From the IMG/VR virus record IMGVR_UViG_3300045988_071833: a stretch of DNA of 40,395 nt; one strand, given 5' to 3'. The notes beneath the pieces were generated by a model. It saw only the letters and a program-made list of their open reading frames with translations. It made no database searches and had not been told where the DNA came from. Positions 23,921 through 33,070 of this stretch are shown in pieces. Position numbers and translations under genes: made by a program. Within the stretch, counting starts at the first letter, position 1, and every line of letters starts with the position of its first letter. Origin of the DNA: a virus.

Positions 23921-26043
23921 TGAGCTACAAAATTGTATATGGGGACCGGACCTTCACAGCCAAGGATATCAAGGAGGGACATTGTTTCATCGGAAATTCC
24001 ATTGCCGGGGACGAGCTCACAATTGATACATTGGATGTGACGGTCAAAAGCTTTGACACGCAGTTCTTCCCGCTGACGGACTCGGACGGATATCTCCTGT
24101 GTGATTCAAACGGACACTTCCTTGTAGCCAGGCCCAGACTGGATGATCTGACACAGTATGTCTATGGCGAGCCAGTATATTACTACCATGACGATGTGCT
24201 GATCGGTAAGTTTTTCTTGTCATCTGTGATGCGGGTGGGGCTAATCCATTATAAGCTCTCCTGCATTTCAGGGGTCGGTCTGCTGGATAATACCCAGCAT
24301 TACGGCGGCATGTACACGGGACAAGCCCTGTCCGATGTAGTCGCAGATATTATTTCCGGCACGGTAGAGTACAGCATAGACGAGGCATATCAAAGCATCC
24401 CCGTCTATAACTGGCTGCCCATCGGGACGCGGAGAGAAAACCTCCACCAGCTTTTGTTTGTGATGGGGCTCGCACTGAAAAAAGACGCGAACGGAATGAT
24501 ACGGATCACAGCTCTCACGGACAGCGACCCAGCAGAGATCGAAGAGAGTCGTTTGTTTTCGGGCGGCAGCATTGATTACAACACACCGTCCACGGCGGTT
24601 TCGGTCGCGGAACACACATATATAGCATTTGCATCAGACGAAACGGTTACGTTGTTCTCGGGTGAAGCGGCGGCGGAAGATATTATTACGCCGAATGGAG
24701 CCAAGGTGTCTGGTGTGCTTGTGCCGTTTGATAACCCGATACACGATCTCCAAATCGACAATGGGGAGATTTTAGAGAGCGGCGTAAACTACGCCGTACT
24801 GGCACAGAGCTCAGATTGCCTCCTCACTGGTCAAAAGTATACGCACATTGTACGGGAAATTTTACGCGGCGAGGCTGGGGCCAGCAAGGACAACACCGCT
24901 ACTGTTACGGACGCGACGCTTGTAAATCTGGCAAATTCCGAAAATGTGGCCGAGCGCGTACTTGCTTACTACAGCAAAGCACGCACTGTCTCCAATGATC
25001 TCGTGGTCGGTACAGAGCGCCCAGGCGACCCAATAAGCATGGATGACCCGTTTGGAGACCCCATGACGGGCATTATAAAATCCATGGATATCAATATATC
25101 CAATTTGCTCAGAGCGCAAACCGAATTTGTGGAGGGGTACACACCCACCGGAATTGGCAATTATTATGAGCACCTCCTTATCATCACCGAAGATGGGACG
25201 GTCACAATCCCGGCAGAAGCAAAAGGCAGGGTGCGCCTTGTCCTCATCTCAGGCGGTCAAGGCGGCGCATCCGGCGAAAAAGGCGCAGACGGCACCAATG
25301 ACAGCCAAAGCGACGGAAACGGCGGTAAGCCTGGTGCGGGTGGTAAGGCTGGTAAGGGCGGTTCCGGAGGCCGCATTTACATTGCCACGATCCCGGTAAC
25401 TCCGGGACAAACCTTTGCGGTAAAAATTGGGCGAGGCGGAGTCTACGGCTTTTATTCGGAGGACGGATCGGAAGAAGGCTCGTTTGGAAGAGACACCACT
25501 TTTGGGGAATACTCCACCGCGAATGGCCGTGCGTCTGAGACCGGATTTGTCGAAATGTTCAGCGGGGTCGCATACGGGCTGCCCGGTGATGACGGTGTGA
25601 ACGGCGGCAGCGGCAGTGGAGAAGACGGCGCGGGAGAAAGCGTCATATATAATGGCGTTACATACACACCCGGCGCACAGGGAGAAACCGCGAGATACGA
25701 AAGCAGCAAAATGACCGTAGTAGGCATTGGCGGCTATGGCGGCGGTGCAGCAGCAGGCCACAACGGGAAAGACGGCGACTCAGGCTCCGCAGCTTATAAT
25801 GGCGGAGATGGATACGGCACTGGCGGTGACGGCGGTGCGGGCGCGGACGCGGATGCTCCGGCCACTACTCAGTATCGTGGCAGAGGCGGAACGGGTGGCA
25901 ACGGCGGCGGCGGTGGCGGTGCAGCAGGCGGCGCGTCGAATAACAATGTGGCAACCAATAAATGGGATGGCGAGAACGGTATCGGCGGTGCGGGAAGCCA
26001 TGGCGGTACAGGCGGCCTGGGAATTGCTTTTTTGTACTATTGA
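23920..26043 (+). CDS. Tail tip/baseplate protein (Tal position) with Gly-rich C-terminal domain
   Basis: 707 aa. C-terminus GGQGGASGEKGADGTNDSQSDGNGGKPGAGGKAGKGGSGGRIYIA...GGTGGNGGGGGGAAGG. Confidence 0.65.
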   Translation: MSYKIVYGDRTFTAKDIKEGHCFIGNSIAGDELTIDTLDVTVKSFDTQFFPLTDSDGYLLCDSNGHFLVARPRLDDLTQYVYGEPVYYYHDDVLIGKFFLSSVMRVGLIHYKLSCISGVGLLDNTQHYGGMYTGQALSDVVADIISGTVEYSIDEAYQSIPVYNWLPIGTRRENLHQLLFVMGLALKKDANGMIRITALTDSDPAEIEESRLFSGGSIDYNTPSTAVSVAEHTYIAFASDETVTLFSGEAAAEDIITPNGAKVSGVLVPFDNPIHDLQIDNGEILESGVNYAVLAQSSDCLLTGQKYTHIVREILRGEAGASKDNTATVTDATLVNLANSENVAERVLAYYSKARTVSNDLVVGTERPGDPISMDDPFGDPMTGIIKSMDINISNLLRAQTEFVEGYTPTGIGNYYEHLLIITEDGTVTIPAEAKGRVRLVLISGGQGGASGEKGADGTNDSQSDGNGGKPGAGGKAGKGGSGGRIYIATIPVTPGQTFAVKIGRGGVYGFYSEDGSEEGSFGRDTTFGEYSTANGRASETGFVEMFSGVAYGLPGDDGVNGGSGSGEDGAGESVIYNGVTYTPGAQGETARYESSKMTVVGIGGYGGGAAAGHNGKDGDSGSAAYNGGDGYGTGGDGGAGADADAPATTQYRGRGGTGGNGGGGGGAAGGASNNNVATNKWDGENGIGGAGSHGGTGGLGIAFLYY

Positions 26044-26052
26044 GGTGGTAGC

Positions 26053-26817
26053 GTGGCAAGTATTATAAAAAAACTGATCAACGGGATTTTGGGCGACGTG
26101 GTACAGCTTGATCACTCCGCCCAAGATATTGACGACACCATCACAAAAACGTCCCAACTCACCGGGCGTAATCTGCTGGATAACTGGTATTTTGTGAATC
26201 CTATTAACCAACGTGGTCTGGATAGCTATGCAAATAGTAGTGGACTCTATGGTATTGATAGGTGGAAGATACTTTCAGGGCTTTCAAATTTTTGCTACGT
26301 TGAAGTTAATGATGGTTATGTGGCTATTGTGAATGCGAATACAACGCCAGGTAATTATATCTATATCGCCCAATATTTTGAGTATGAAATCACGCCAGCT
26401 GGCGTTTCACGGACAGTAAGCATTATGGACAAAGACGGGGTTGTGAGGTCCAGCACAAACTCCAATGGTATTAACTGGGTATATGGCGATGGGATTTATA
26501 TTTATCAGGGCGACGCTAAGAGTCTGAACATCAGATTGGATGCTGGCAAGCGGTTGAATATGAAAGCAATCAAGCTTGAACTTGGTTCAAGTCAAACCAT
26601 TGCCCATCAGGACATAGCAGGAAATTGGATGCTGAACGAAATCCCGGATTACGGGGAGCAACTGGCACGGTGTCAGAGGTACTATCAAATTTTCGCGACT
26701 CAGTCGGTTAGACCGACAAACAAGGACGATTTTAGGCCTGTAATGAGGACAACCCCTGCGCTTAGCACAATTACAATCGGCAGCACAACGTATTATACAG
26801 CTAGTGCAGAACTTTGA
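26053..26817 (+). CDS. Tail fibre / receptor-binding protein (putative)
   Basis: GTG start with GAGGTGG RBS. KLELGSSQTIAH...EIPDYGEQLARCQRYY resembles a motif common in phage fibre proteins. Locally AT-richer. Confidence 0.55.
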   Translation: MASIIKKLINGILGDVVQLDHSAQDIDDTITKTSQLTGRNLLDNWYFVNPINQRGLDSYANSSGLYGIDRWKILSGLSNFCYVEVNDGYVAIVNANTTPGNYIYIAQYFEYEITPAGVSRTVSIMDKDGVVRSSTNSNGINWVYGDGIYIYQGDAKSLNIRLDAGKRLNMKAIKLELGSSQTIAHQDIAGNWMLNEIPDYGEQLARCQRYYQIFATQSVRPTNKDDFRPVMRTTPALSTITIGSTTYYTASAEL

Positions 26818-26827
26818 GGAGGCCAAA

Positions 26828-27190
26828 ATGGACAATACATCAAGAGCCTATATCAAAACAGATGACCAGGGCCGGATTATCCGATGCGAGGGCGAATACA
26901 CCCTGCCAAGCAATTTGGACGGGTGGGTGCTTATCGAGGAGGGACCGCCCTGTGACCGTCTCAATTTAGCCCAGACGCACTATTTTGACGGAGGGCTTTG
27001 CACAGACGATGGTATACCAAGGTATAAGCTGGAGGACGGACAGACGGCAGCACGTACTGATGAGGAGATCGAGGCGGACCGTGCGGCGCTTACTGATCCG
27101 GGCCAAATCTCGCCCACAGAGGCGGAACGGCTATCCGCTCTGGAGGCGGCTATGCTTGAGCTGATGACGGGAGGTACGGGCGATGTTTGA
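26828..27190 (+). CDS. Hypothetical tail-fibre-associated protein
   Basis: GGAGG RBS; 120 aa; lies between the fibre and XkdX-like genes. Confidence 0.5.
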   Translation: MDNTSRAYIKTDDQGRIIRCEGEYTLPSNLDGWVLIEEGPPCDRLNLAQTHYFDGGLCTDDGIPRYKLEDGQTAARTDEEIEADRAALTDPGQISPTEAERLSALEAAMLELMTGGTGDV

Positions 27191-27299
27191 TTTTATCCGC
27201 GTCCAGTATCGTCTTGGCCGTCTGACGGCGGAGCAGGTGCGCTCCATGGCCCCGAAGTGGATCACTGCCGATCAGGCGGAAGAGATTATCCATATGTGA
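27183..27299 (+). CDS. xkdX: XkdX-family small protein (38 aa)
   Basis: MFDFIRVQYRLGRLTAEQVRSMAPKWITADQAEEIIHM matches the XkdX pattern (..y..g.it.eqv...v.k.wIT.eeyeeI); below the ORF-track cutoff. Confidence 0.6.
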   Translation: MFDFIRVQYRLGRLTAEQVRSMAPKWITADQAEEIIHM

Positions 27300-27329
27300 C
27301 GGCCCGAAACGGCGGAAAGGAAGTCAGCT

Positions 27330-27668
27330 ATGAAACACCTGTACGAGTACATCAACGAGATCATGGACATCGCCTCCGTCAACCACGCGGAGCCACAGAA
27401 CGCAAAGGATATGTTTTTGGCCAACGCCAGGAACGCGGGGGACCCCACGCTTCCCCACTACAGGGGAGCGGGGAATGTGGACTACGCCGCGCTGGCGGAG
27501 GACCTGCCCAGACTAACCAATGAGGGAGCGGCCCTCACTCAGGCGTTATTTGACCACTACAAGGCGCTGGTGGAGCTCCGCAGGGCGGGGCGGTACGCCG
27601 AGGCGGTGGAGCTGATGCGCGGGGCTGTGGAGGCAGAGTCAAACGGACTTTGCGACGACGATGAGTAA
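27330..27668 (+). CDS. Hypothetical protein
   Basis: 112-aa ORF with GGAAAGGAAG RBS, upstream of the endolysin gene. Confidence 0.5.
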   Translation: MKHLYEYINEIMDIASVNHAEPQNAKDMFLANARNAGDPTLPHYRGAGNVDYAALAEDLPRLTNEGAALTQALFDHYKALVELRRAGRYAEAVELMRGAVEAESNGLCDDDE

Positions 27669-29004
27669 GTACATCACATCTATCCCACTGGGGGAGATCG
27701 AGCGCATCCAGATATACATCAACAAGTCGGCCAAGACCCTGGCCGAGATCAAGGCGGAGACCGGGGCCGACTATCTGGTCAACGGCGGACTGTACCAGGG
27801 GGCCCAGGCGGTATGCCACCTCCGGGCGGACGGGCGGACCTATGCTAAGGACCCGTATACCTACTTTGGCTATGCCTGGGACACAGGGCCGGACATCGCC
27901 CTGCGCTCTGTCCCTGCGACGGAGCGGCGAAATTACATCTGCTGCGTGTGCCTGTTGCGGGGCGGAAAGGCGGAAGCCCTCATCTACAACCGGGACGTGG
28001 GTGGCAGCAGGCCACGGACGGCCATGGGGCTCAAGGACGGGGCGCTGTGCCTCTACTGCACCGACAGAGGGCGGACTCCGGAGGAGCTCCAAGCCGAGCT
28101 ACTGGCCTTGGGGTGGGAGAGCGCCGTCATGCTGGACGGCGGCGGATCCTCTCAGTGCGATCTGATGGGGGAGCGGATTGTCAGCACCCGGAAGGTGCAT
28201 AACCTCATCTTGGTCTACAAACGCAATGGGGTATCCAAGCCTGACGACAGCGATAAGGAGCACAATCCTATGAGCACAAAATACACCGTATGTCTCGACC
28301 CCGGACACGGGCCGGGCACGGTCAACGGCTCCCCGGACGGGAGCTACAAGGAGAAAGAATTTACCTGGAATATGTACGAGCGTATCCGCCCGTTACTGGA
28401 ACGGCATGGCGTCAATGTGATCTGCACCAGGGCGGAGGACACCAAGCCCAGTCTGACCGCCCGTTGCGAGGTGAGCAACAAGGCGGGAGCGGACCTGTTT
28501 GTCTCTCTGCACTCCAACGCCGATGGCGGCTCCGGCTGGGGGACGGCGCGGGGGCTGCTGGTCTATACCTCCAGCGGGCCCATGACGGCCAAGCGCAATG
28601 TGGCTGCCACTGCCATTGTCAACCGGGCCCACGAGGCCGGGGTACGGCTCCACGGAAGCGGCGTCGCCCACCAGATCGAGTACACGGTGTTGGCAAAGAC
28701 CGACGCACCCGCCGTGCTCATCGAGTATGGATTCCACACCAACCAGGAGGACATTGGTCTGCTGAAAGACATCTCCTACCGGGACAAGCTGGCGGAGGCC
28801 ACGGCAATGGGCGTGTGCGATTTCCTGGGCGTCACCTGGACGGCGGAGAGCGGCGGGGATGGCACAGATCCCCCGGCCGCCGATCGGGCCGCTGAGGCGT
28901 GGCAGAAGGCGAAGGACAAGGGCGTCCTGGACGGCACACGGCCCACAGACCCGGTCACCCGGCAGGAATTGGCCGTGGTTTTAGATAGATTAAACTTGAT
29001 TTGA
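27661..29004 (+). CDS. Multidomain endolysin: NAGPA/DUF2233-like phosphodiester glycosidase domain, Amidase_3 (MurNAc-L-Ala amidase) and an SLH-like C-terminal tail
   Basis: N-terminus ADYLVNGGLY...RTAMGL...AVMLDGGGSS. Middle VCLDPGHGPG...DLFVSLHSNA...VLIEYGFHTN. C-terminus VLDGTRPTDPVTRQELAVVLDRL. Confidence 0.85.
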   Translation: MSKYITSIPLGEIERIQIYINKSAKTLAEIKAETGADYLVNGGLYQGAQAVCHLRADGRTYAKDPYTYFGYAWDTGPDIALRSVPATERRNYICCVCLLRGGKAEALIYNRDVGGSRPRTAMGLKDGALCLYCTDRGRTPEELQAELLALGWESAVMLDGGGSSQCDLMGERIVSTRKVHNLILVYKRNGVSKPDDSDKEHNPMSTKYTVCLDPGHGPGTVNGSPDGSYKEKEFTWNMYERIRPLLERHGVNVICTRAEDTKPSLTARCEVSNKAGADLFVSLHSNADGGSGWGTARGLLVYTSSGPMTAKRNVAATAIVNRAHEAGVRLHGSGVAHQIEYTVLAKTDAPAVLIEYGFHTNQEDIGLLKDISYRDKLAEATAMGVCDFLGVTWTAESGGDGTDPPAADRAAEAWQKAKDKGVLDGTRPTDPVTRQELAVVLDRLNLI

Positions 29005-29018
29005 CGGAGGTACTTATT

Positions 29019-29297
29019 ATGGATATCACTGAGCTTGGCATTGCGGCACTGCCCGCGATCACTGTCATCTGTCTGCTGGTGGCCCAGGCTGCCAAGGCTA
29101 CGGCGCTGGACAACAAATGGCTCCCGGTCATCTGCGGTGCGGTGGGCGGTGTGCTGGGTGCGCTGGCGATGCGCATCATGCCGGACTACCCGGCGCAGGA
29201 TTACATCACCGCCGTGGCCGTGGGCATCGTCTCCGGTCTCGCGGCAACCGGCGTCAATCAAGTCTATAAGCAGCTCACCGGAGGTAAGGAGGGCTAA
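29019..29297 (+). CDS. Holin
   Basis: GGAGG RBS. MDITELGIAALPAITVICLLVAQAAKATALDNKWLPVICGAVGGVLGALAM...AVAVGIVSGLAATG gives 2-3 TM helices; adjacent to the endolysin gene. Confidence 0.75.
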   Translation: MDITELGIAALPAITVICLLVAQAAKATALDNKWLPVICGAVGGVLGALAMRIMPDYPAQDYITAVAVGIVSGLAATGVNQVYKQLTGGKEG

Positions 29298-29300
29298 GCG

Positions 29301-29552
29301 ATGGAGTGGACCACAGTAACAGTGATTATCGCCCTTGTGGGCCTTGGGGCGGCAATTATTAAGCCGATTGTATCACTCACGAGGTCCATTACTGAGCTGA
29401 CAATCCAAGTCAAGGGGCTGCGTACCGATATGGATAAGCAGACCGAGCACAACCGAGAGATCCACAAACGCTTGTGGGACCACAATGATGAGCAGGATGA
29501 TCGGCTGGACGACCACGAGCGGCGGATCGGCTCCCTGGAACACAAAGTATAA
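29301..29552 (+). CDS. N-terminally membrane-anchored coiled-coil protein (lysis-cassette accessory)
   Basis: TM helix WTTVTVIIALVGLGAAII followed by a charged coiled coil; AAGGAGGG RBS. Confidence 0.6.
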   Translation: MEWTTVTVIIALVGLGAAIIKPIVSLTRSITELTIQVKGLRTDMDKQTEHNREIHKRLWDHNDEQDDRLDDHERRIGSLEHKV

Positions 29553-29605
29553 GATAATCCCTGACCTGGCATTTAATTTGATATCTTTGAAGAGGGAGTG
29601 TAAAT

Positions 29606-29851
29606 GTGGGAGCGCACGTTAACATGCCCGAAACCCTGAAAAATTTATTGCGGTCGGAGATTGAACAGGCAATTTATCAGGCAAATCTCGGTAAAATAGA
29701 CACCGGGATAGCGCAAAGGTATTTGATAGAGCAAATACCTCAAATTGATATCGCAGCGGAATACGGGTGTGAGCGCTCCACAATATCAAGGCGGCTTCCG
29801 CGCATCATTGATAAGGTAGAATCGACTGCCCAAAGGCTAAATTACACATAA
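29606..29851 (+). CDS. Sigma-70 region-4-like HTH protein
   Basis: GTG start after AGAGGGAG. IAQRYLIEQIPQIDIAAEYGCERSTISRRLPRIIDKV. Confidence 0.6.
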   Translation: MGAHVNMPETLKNLLRSEIEQAIYQANLGKIDTGIAQRYLIEQIPQIDIAAEYGCERSTISRRLPRIIDKVESTAQRLNYT

Positions 29852-29870
29852 TTTCACAAAACACGCACAC

Positions 29871-29909
29871 GCCTTCACTGGATTGCCACCCAGTGGAGGC
29901 GATTTTTTT
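29871..29909 (+). terminator. Strong rho-independent terminator ending the late operon
   Basis: gccttcactgg-attgccac-ccagtggaggc followed by gattttttt. Confidence 0.85.
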
Positions 29910-29935
29910 GTATAGTAAAGGCAGAGGTGATCCTT

Positions 29936-30166
29936 ATGGGAAACGAGATGATAACACGGCTTATCAACTGCGGATTCTCCGAGCCAAATGCCAGAGATAT
30001 CTATTACCGGTATTATATTTGCGGAGATTTTGATGGACTCGAATCCTTTTTGTGCGCAAATGAGAGCATAAAAATAAAAGCAAATGCTCAAATCTCAACT
30101 GCGGAGAAAAATGGAGAATGGGAAGATATATCAAATACAATGCAAACCCAGACGGAAAAAATGTAG
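29936..30166 (+). CDS. Hypothetical protein (76 aa)
   Basis: AGAGGTGA RBS; AT-richer cargo region. Confidence 0.45.
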   Translation: MGNEMITRLINCGFSEPNARDIYYRYYICGDFDGLESFLCANESIKIKANAQISTAEKNGEWEDISNTMQTQTEKM

Positions 30167-30510
30167 GGGACTGCACAGTCAGAGCAATTTCTACAGCACT
30201 GGACCAAAGCTGGGAGGAAACTTACATTGGATTAGCTCTCCAGGGGTTTTTGATGGGCGATCTTCCCTCAGCAAATTCTGTATGGGGTGCCTATCTCAGG
30301 TCTAAAGGCTTTGTACGCCGTATTGTGCCGGATACTTGCCCAGACTGTTACAACGTGTCTGATTTTGCAGAGGAACATCCGGATGGTACATATATTTTAG
30401 CTCTGTCAGGCCATGTGGTATGTGTCAGTGGCGGGAACTGGATCGATACATGGGATTCTGGTGGTGGAGTCCCGTTATATTACTGGTGCGAAAGAAAGGA
30501 TGAATCTTAA
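30118..30510 (+). CDS. Hypothetical protein with a possible Cys-His-Asp (papain-fold-like) triad
   Basis: NVGDCTVRAIS...LSGHVVCVSGGNWIDTWDSG. Confidence 0.5.
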   Translation: MGRYIKYNANPDGKNVGDCTVRAISTALDQSWEETYIGLALQGFLMGDLPSANSVWGAYLRSKGFVRRIVPDTCPDCYNVSDFAEEHPDGTYILALSGHVVCVSGGNWIDTWDSGGGVPLYYWCERKDES

Positions 30511-31005
30511 ATGGCATTTGCTCAACCCTATTTTGGCGGCTATCAGCCTGGGTATTATCAACCACCTATGCCGGATCAGCTTGCGCAACTGCGGCAGAAT
30601 CAGTTCCAGCCAATCGCGCAGCCCGTAGTACAGCCGCCCCAGATGCAGCAGCCGCAGCAAAATCAGCCCACATCCAACGGGATTATCTGGTGCCAGGGTG
30701 AAGAAGGCGCAAAAGGATTTTTGGTTGCGGCGGGCAATAGCGTGATGTTGATGGACAGCGAGTCCAGCACGTTTTATATCAAGAGCACCGATGCGTCCGG
30801 CATGCCACAACCGCTGAGGATCTTCGACTATACCGAGCGCACAGCTACACCTAAAATTGCGACTCCGGCCAATATGCCCCCCAATGTAGAGTTTGCTACA
30901 AAAGCGGAGGTTGAGGCCCTGGCGGCTCGTTTAGACGCTCTGACAATCAAAGATACTGCCAAGCCCGCGAGAAAATCTGCGAAGGAGGATACAGATAATG
31001 CCTAA
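30511..31005 (+). CDS. Gln/Pro/Tyr-rich N-terminal low-complexity protein with a conserved-looking beta core
   Basis: MAFAQPYFGGYQPGYYQPPMPDQLAQLRQNQFQPIAQPVVQPPQMQQPQQNQ, then GIIWCQGEEGAKGFLVAAGNSVMLMDSESSTFYIKSTDASGMPQPLRIFDY. Confidence 0.6.
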   Translation: MAFAQPYFGGYQPGYYQPPMPDQLAQLRQNQFQPIAQPVVQPPQMQQPQQNQPTSNGIIWCQGEEGAKGFLVAAGNSVMLMDSESSTFYIKSTDASGMPQPLRIFDYTERTATPKIATPANMPPNVEFATKAEVEALAARLDALTIKDTAKPARKSAKEDTDNA

Positions 31006-31225
31006 TCCGCTCTTTTCTATGCTCGGAGGCAATATGCCCTCTATGTCTGGACCAATGGGTAATTTTGCACAGATGATGCAGCAGTTTCAGCAATTCCGGG
31101 CGAATTTCCAGGGGGACCCGAAAGCAGAGGTGGAAAAACTGCTGCAATCCGGAAAAATGAATCAGAGTCAGCTCAACCAATTGCAGAATATGGCGAGACA
31201 ATTCCAGCAGCTTATGCCCAAATAA
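30998..31225 (+). CDS. Small Met/Gln-rich protein
   Basis: MPNPLFSMLGGNMPSMSGPMGNFAQMMQQFQQFRANFQG...; overlaps the upstream stop. Confidence 0.5.
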   Translation: MPNPLFSMLGGNMPSMSGPMGNFAQMMQQFQQFRANFQGDPKAEVEKLLQSGKMNQSQLNQLQNMARQFQQLMPK

Positions 31226-31296
31226 GGCTATAATCGTGGCCACGATTTAATATAGCAACCTTAAAATTATTTTGTAAATGCGAAAGGAGACTACAT

Positions 31297-32040
31297 ATGT
31301 CTTTGAGTTCTGATGGTACTGTGATGACTATGCCTGTTGCACCCACCAATATGGGCGGAAACGGCTTCGGCGGCTTTGGCGGAGATGGTGCGTGGTGGAT
31401 TATTATCCTGTTTTTGTTTGTTTTCTGCGGCTGGGGCAACAACGGCTGGGGAGGAGATGGTGGCGGCATGAACGGCGGCGTCGGTTCTGAGGTCCAGCGC
31501 GGATTTGACCACTCCTCCGTTGTAACCAAGCTGGACGGCATCACCCAGGGTATTTGTGACAGCACCTATTCCCTCAACAACGCCATCAATACCGGCTTCT
31601 CCAATGCGGAACTGTCCCGGTGCAATCAGCAGTCGGCCCTGATGCAGCAGCTCAACAATATGGCTATGCAGGCTCAGAACTGCTGCTGCGAGACCCAGCG
31701 GGCGATTGACGGCGTGAATTACAACATGGCAACCAATACATGCGCCCTCCAGAACACCATGAACAACAACACCAGGGACATTATTGACAATGCCAATGCC
31801 AATTCCAGGGCCATCCTCGATTATCTGTGCCAGGATAAGATTTCTACTCTCCAGGCCGAAAATCAGAGTCTCCGGCTGGCTGCGTCTCAGGCGAACCAGA
31901 ACGCGGTACTCCAGGCGGCTATGGATGCGAATACTGCGGAGATTCTTCGCCGCACCGCACCTCTGCCCGTCCCGGCTTATCAGGTGGCAAACCCCTATAC
32001 AGGTGTTTATGGAAGCTGCTGCAATCCCTGCGGCTGCTAA
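31297..32040 (+). CDS. Single-pass membrane protein, Gly/Trp-rich around the TM helix, with an Asn/Gln-rich Cys-studded ectodomain
   Basis: AAAGGAGA RBS. GGNGFGGFGGDGAWWIIILFLFVFCGWGNNGWGGDGGG; AQNCCCETQ; C-terminus GSCCNPCGC. Confidence 0.65.
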   Translation: MSLSSDGTVMTMPVAPTNMGGNGFGGFGGDGAWWIIILFLFVFCGWGNNGWGGDGGGMNGGVGSEVQRGFDHSSVVTKLDGITQGICDSTYSLNNAINTGFSNAELSRCNQQSALMQQLNNMAMQAQNCCCETQRAIDGVNYNMATNTCALQNTMNNNTRDIIDNANANSRAILDYLCQDKISTLQAENQSLRLAASQANQNAVLQAAMDANTAEILRRTAPLPVPAYQVANPYTGVYGSCCNPCGC

Positions 32041-32105
32041 ACTGCATAACTGCATCTATTTCGTGACATCACGAAATTGTTCGGCCCCGTGCCGATTTTG
32101 AACAT

Positions 32106-32138
32106 AGCGGCGGGGCAATGGCCTCGCCGCTTATTTTA
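32106..32138 (+). terminator. Rho-independent terminator (a second hairpin lies at 32142-32157)
   Basis: agcggcgggg-caatgg-cctcgccgct followed by tatttta. Confidence 0.7.
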
Positions 32139-32177
32139 ACCGCCTCGAAATCGAGGCATTTAGAAAGGATTGATTTT

Positions 32178-32600
32178 ATGGCTGAGTATACGAATATTGG
32201 CCCTGTGACTGTAGCCGCTGGGCAGAATGTGCCCCTTACCGAAACTGCCGTATCTGGGGGAAGCTGTATCGTCCATCGTGAAGGAGCTGGCATTGTGACC
32301 CTGCGGGGCCAGACTAACCAGTGCCGGGCACGGTACAAAGTGAGCTTTGGCGGAAACATTGCAATCCCCACCGGCGGGGCCGTGTCTCCGATCTCCATTG
32401 CTTTGTCTGTGAGCGGTGAGCCGCTTGCCAGCGCAACTGCAATTGTAACGCCCGCTGCGGTGGAAGACTATTTCAACGTGTTCACGGTAGTCTTTATCGA
32501 GGTGCCGCGTGGATGCTGTGTGACGGTAGCAGTCGAAAATACCAGCACTCAGGCGATCAATGTTGCAAACAGCAATCTGATTGCCGAGCGTGTATGCTAA
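32178..32600 (+). CDS. All-beta protein resembling the BclA C-terminal (C1q/TNF-like) domain, without a collagen-like region
   Basis: GAAAGGA RBS. The ORF-track start at 32118 lies inside the terminator hairpin. Sequence TNIGPVTVAAGQNVPLTETAVSGGSCIVHREGAGIVTLRG...YKVSFGGNIAIP...VAVENTSTQAINVANSNLIAERV. Confidence 0.55.
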   Translation: MAEYTNIGPVTVAAGQNVPLTETAVSGGSCIVHREGAGIVTLRGQTNQCRARYKVSFGGNIAIPTGGAVSPISIALSVSGEPLASATAIVTPAAVEDYFNVFTVVFIEVPRGCCVTVAVENTSTQAINVANSNLIAERVC

Positions 32601-32617
32601 TGGAGAGGAGAGATATT

Positions 32618-33055
32618 ATGAGCATGAGAGCCTTAGAGGACCTACGCGAAATGCTCTGCGACGAGCTGGACGAAATCGCAAAAAAGCAGGAAATGTCCGC
32701 AGGCGACCTCGAAACTATCCATAAACTCACAGACACCATTAAAAACATTGATAAAATCATTATCATGGATGAGGATGGTGGCTATAGCCAGGCCGGAGAC
32801 TGGGAGATGGAGGGCCGTGGCAATTATGGGCGCGGAAGCAGCTACGCAAGCCGTGGCAAGCATTATGTAAGAGGCCACTACAGCAGAGACGGCGGAGACT
32901 ATAGCGAGCGCCGCCGCGACAGCATGGGCCGTTATAGCCGAGATGGGGCAAAAGAGCACATGATGACGCAGCTGGAAGAGATGGAGCGTAACGCCAGTAA
33001 TGACAAAGAGCGAGATGCAATCCGCCGTTGTATCAACCAGCTAGAGTCCACCTAA
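32618..33055 (+). CDS. Protein with helical ends and an Arg/Gly/Tyr/Ser-rich disordered centre
   Basis: GGAGAGGAG RBS. Sequence GRGNYGRGSSYASRGKHYVRGHYSRDGGDYSERRRDSMGRYSRDG. Confidence 0.6.
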   Translation: MSMRALEDLREMLCDELDEIAKKQEMSAGDLETIHKLTDTIKNIDKIIIMDEDGGYSQAGDWEMEGRGNYGRGSSYASRGKHYVRGHYSRDGGDYSERRRDSMGRYSRDGAKEHMMTQLEEMERNASNDKERDAIRRCINQLEST

Positions 33056-33070
33056 AAAGGAGGCGGCCAT

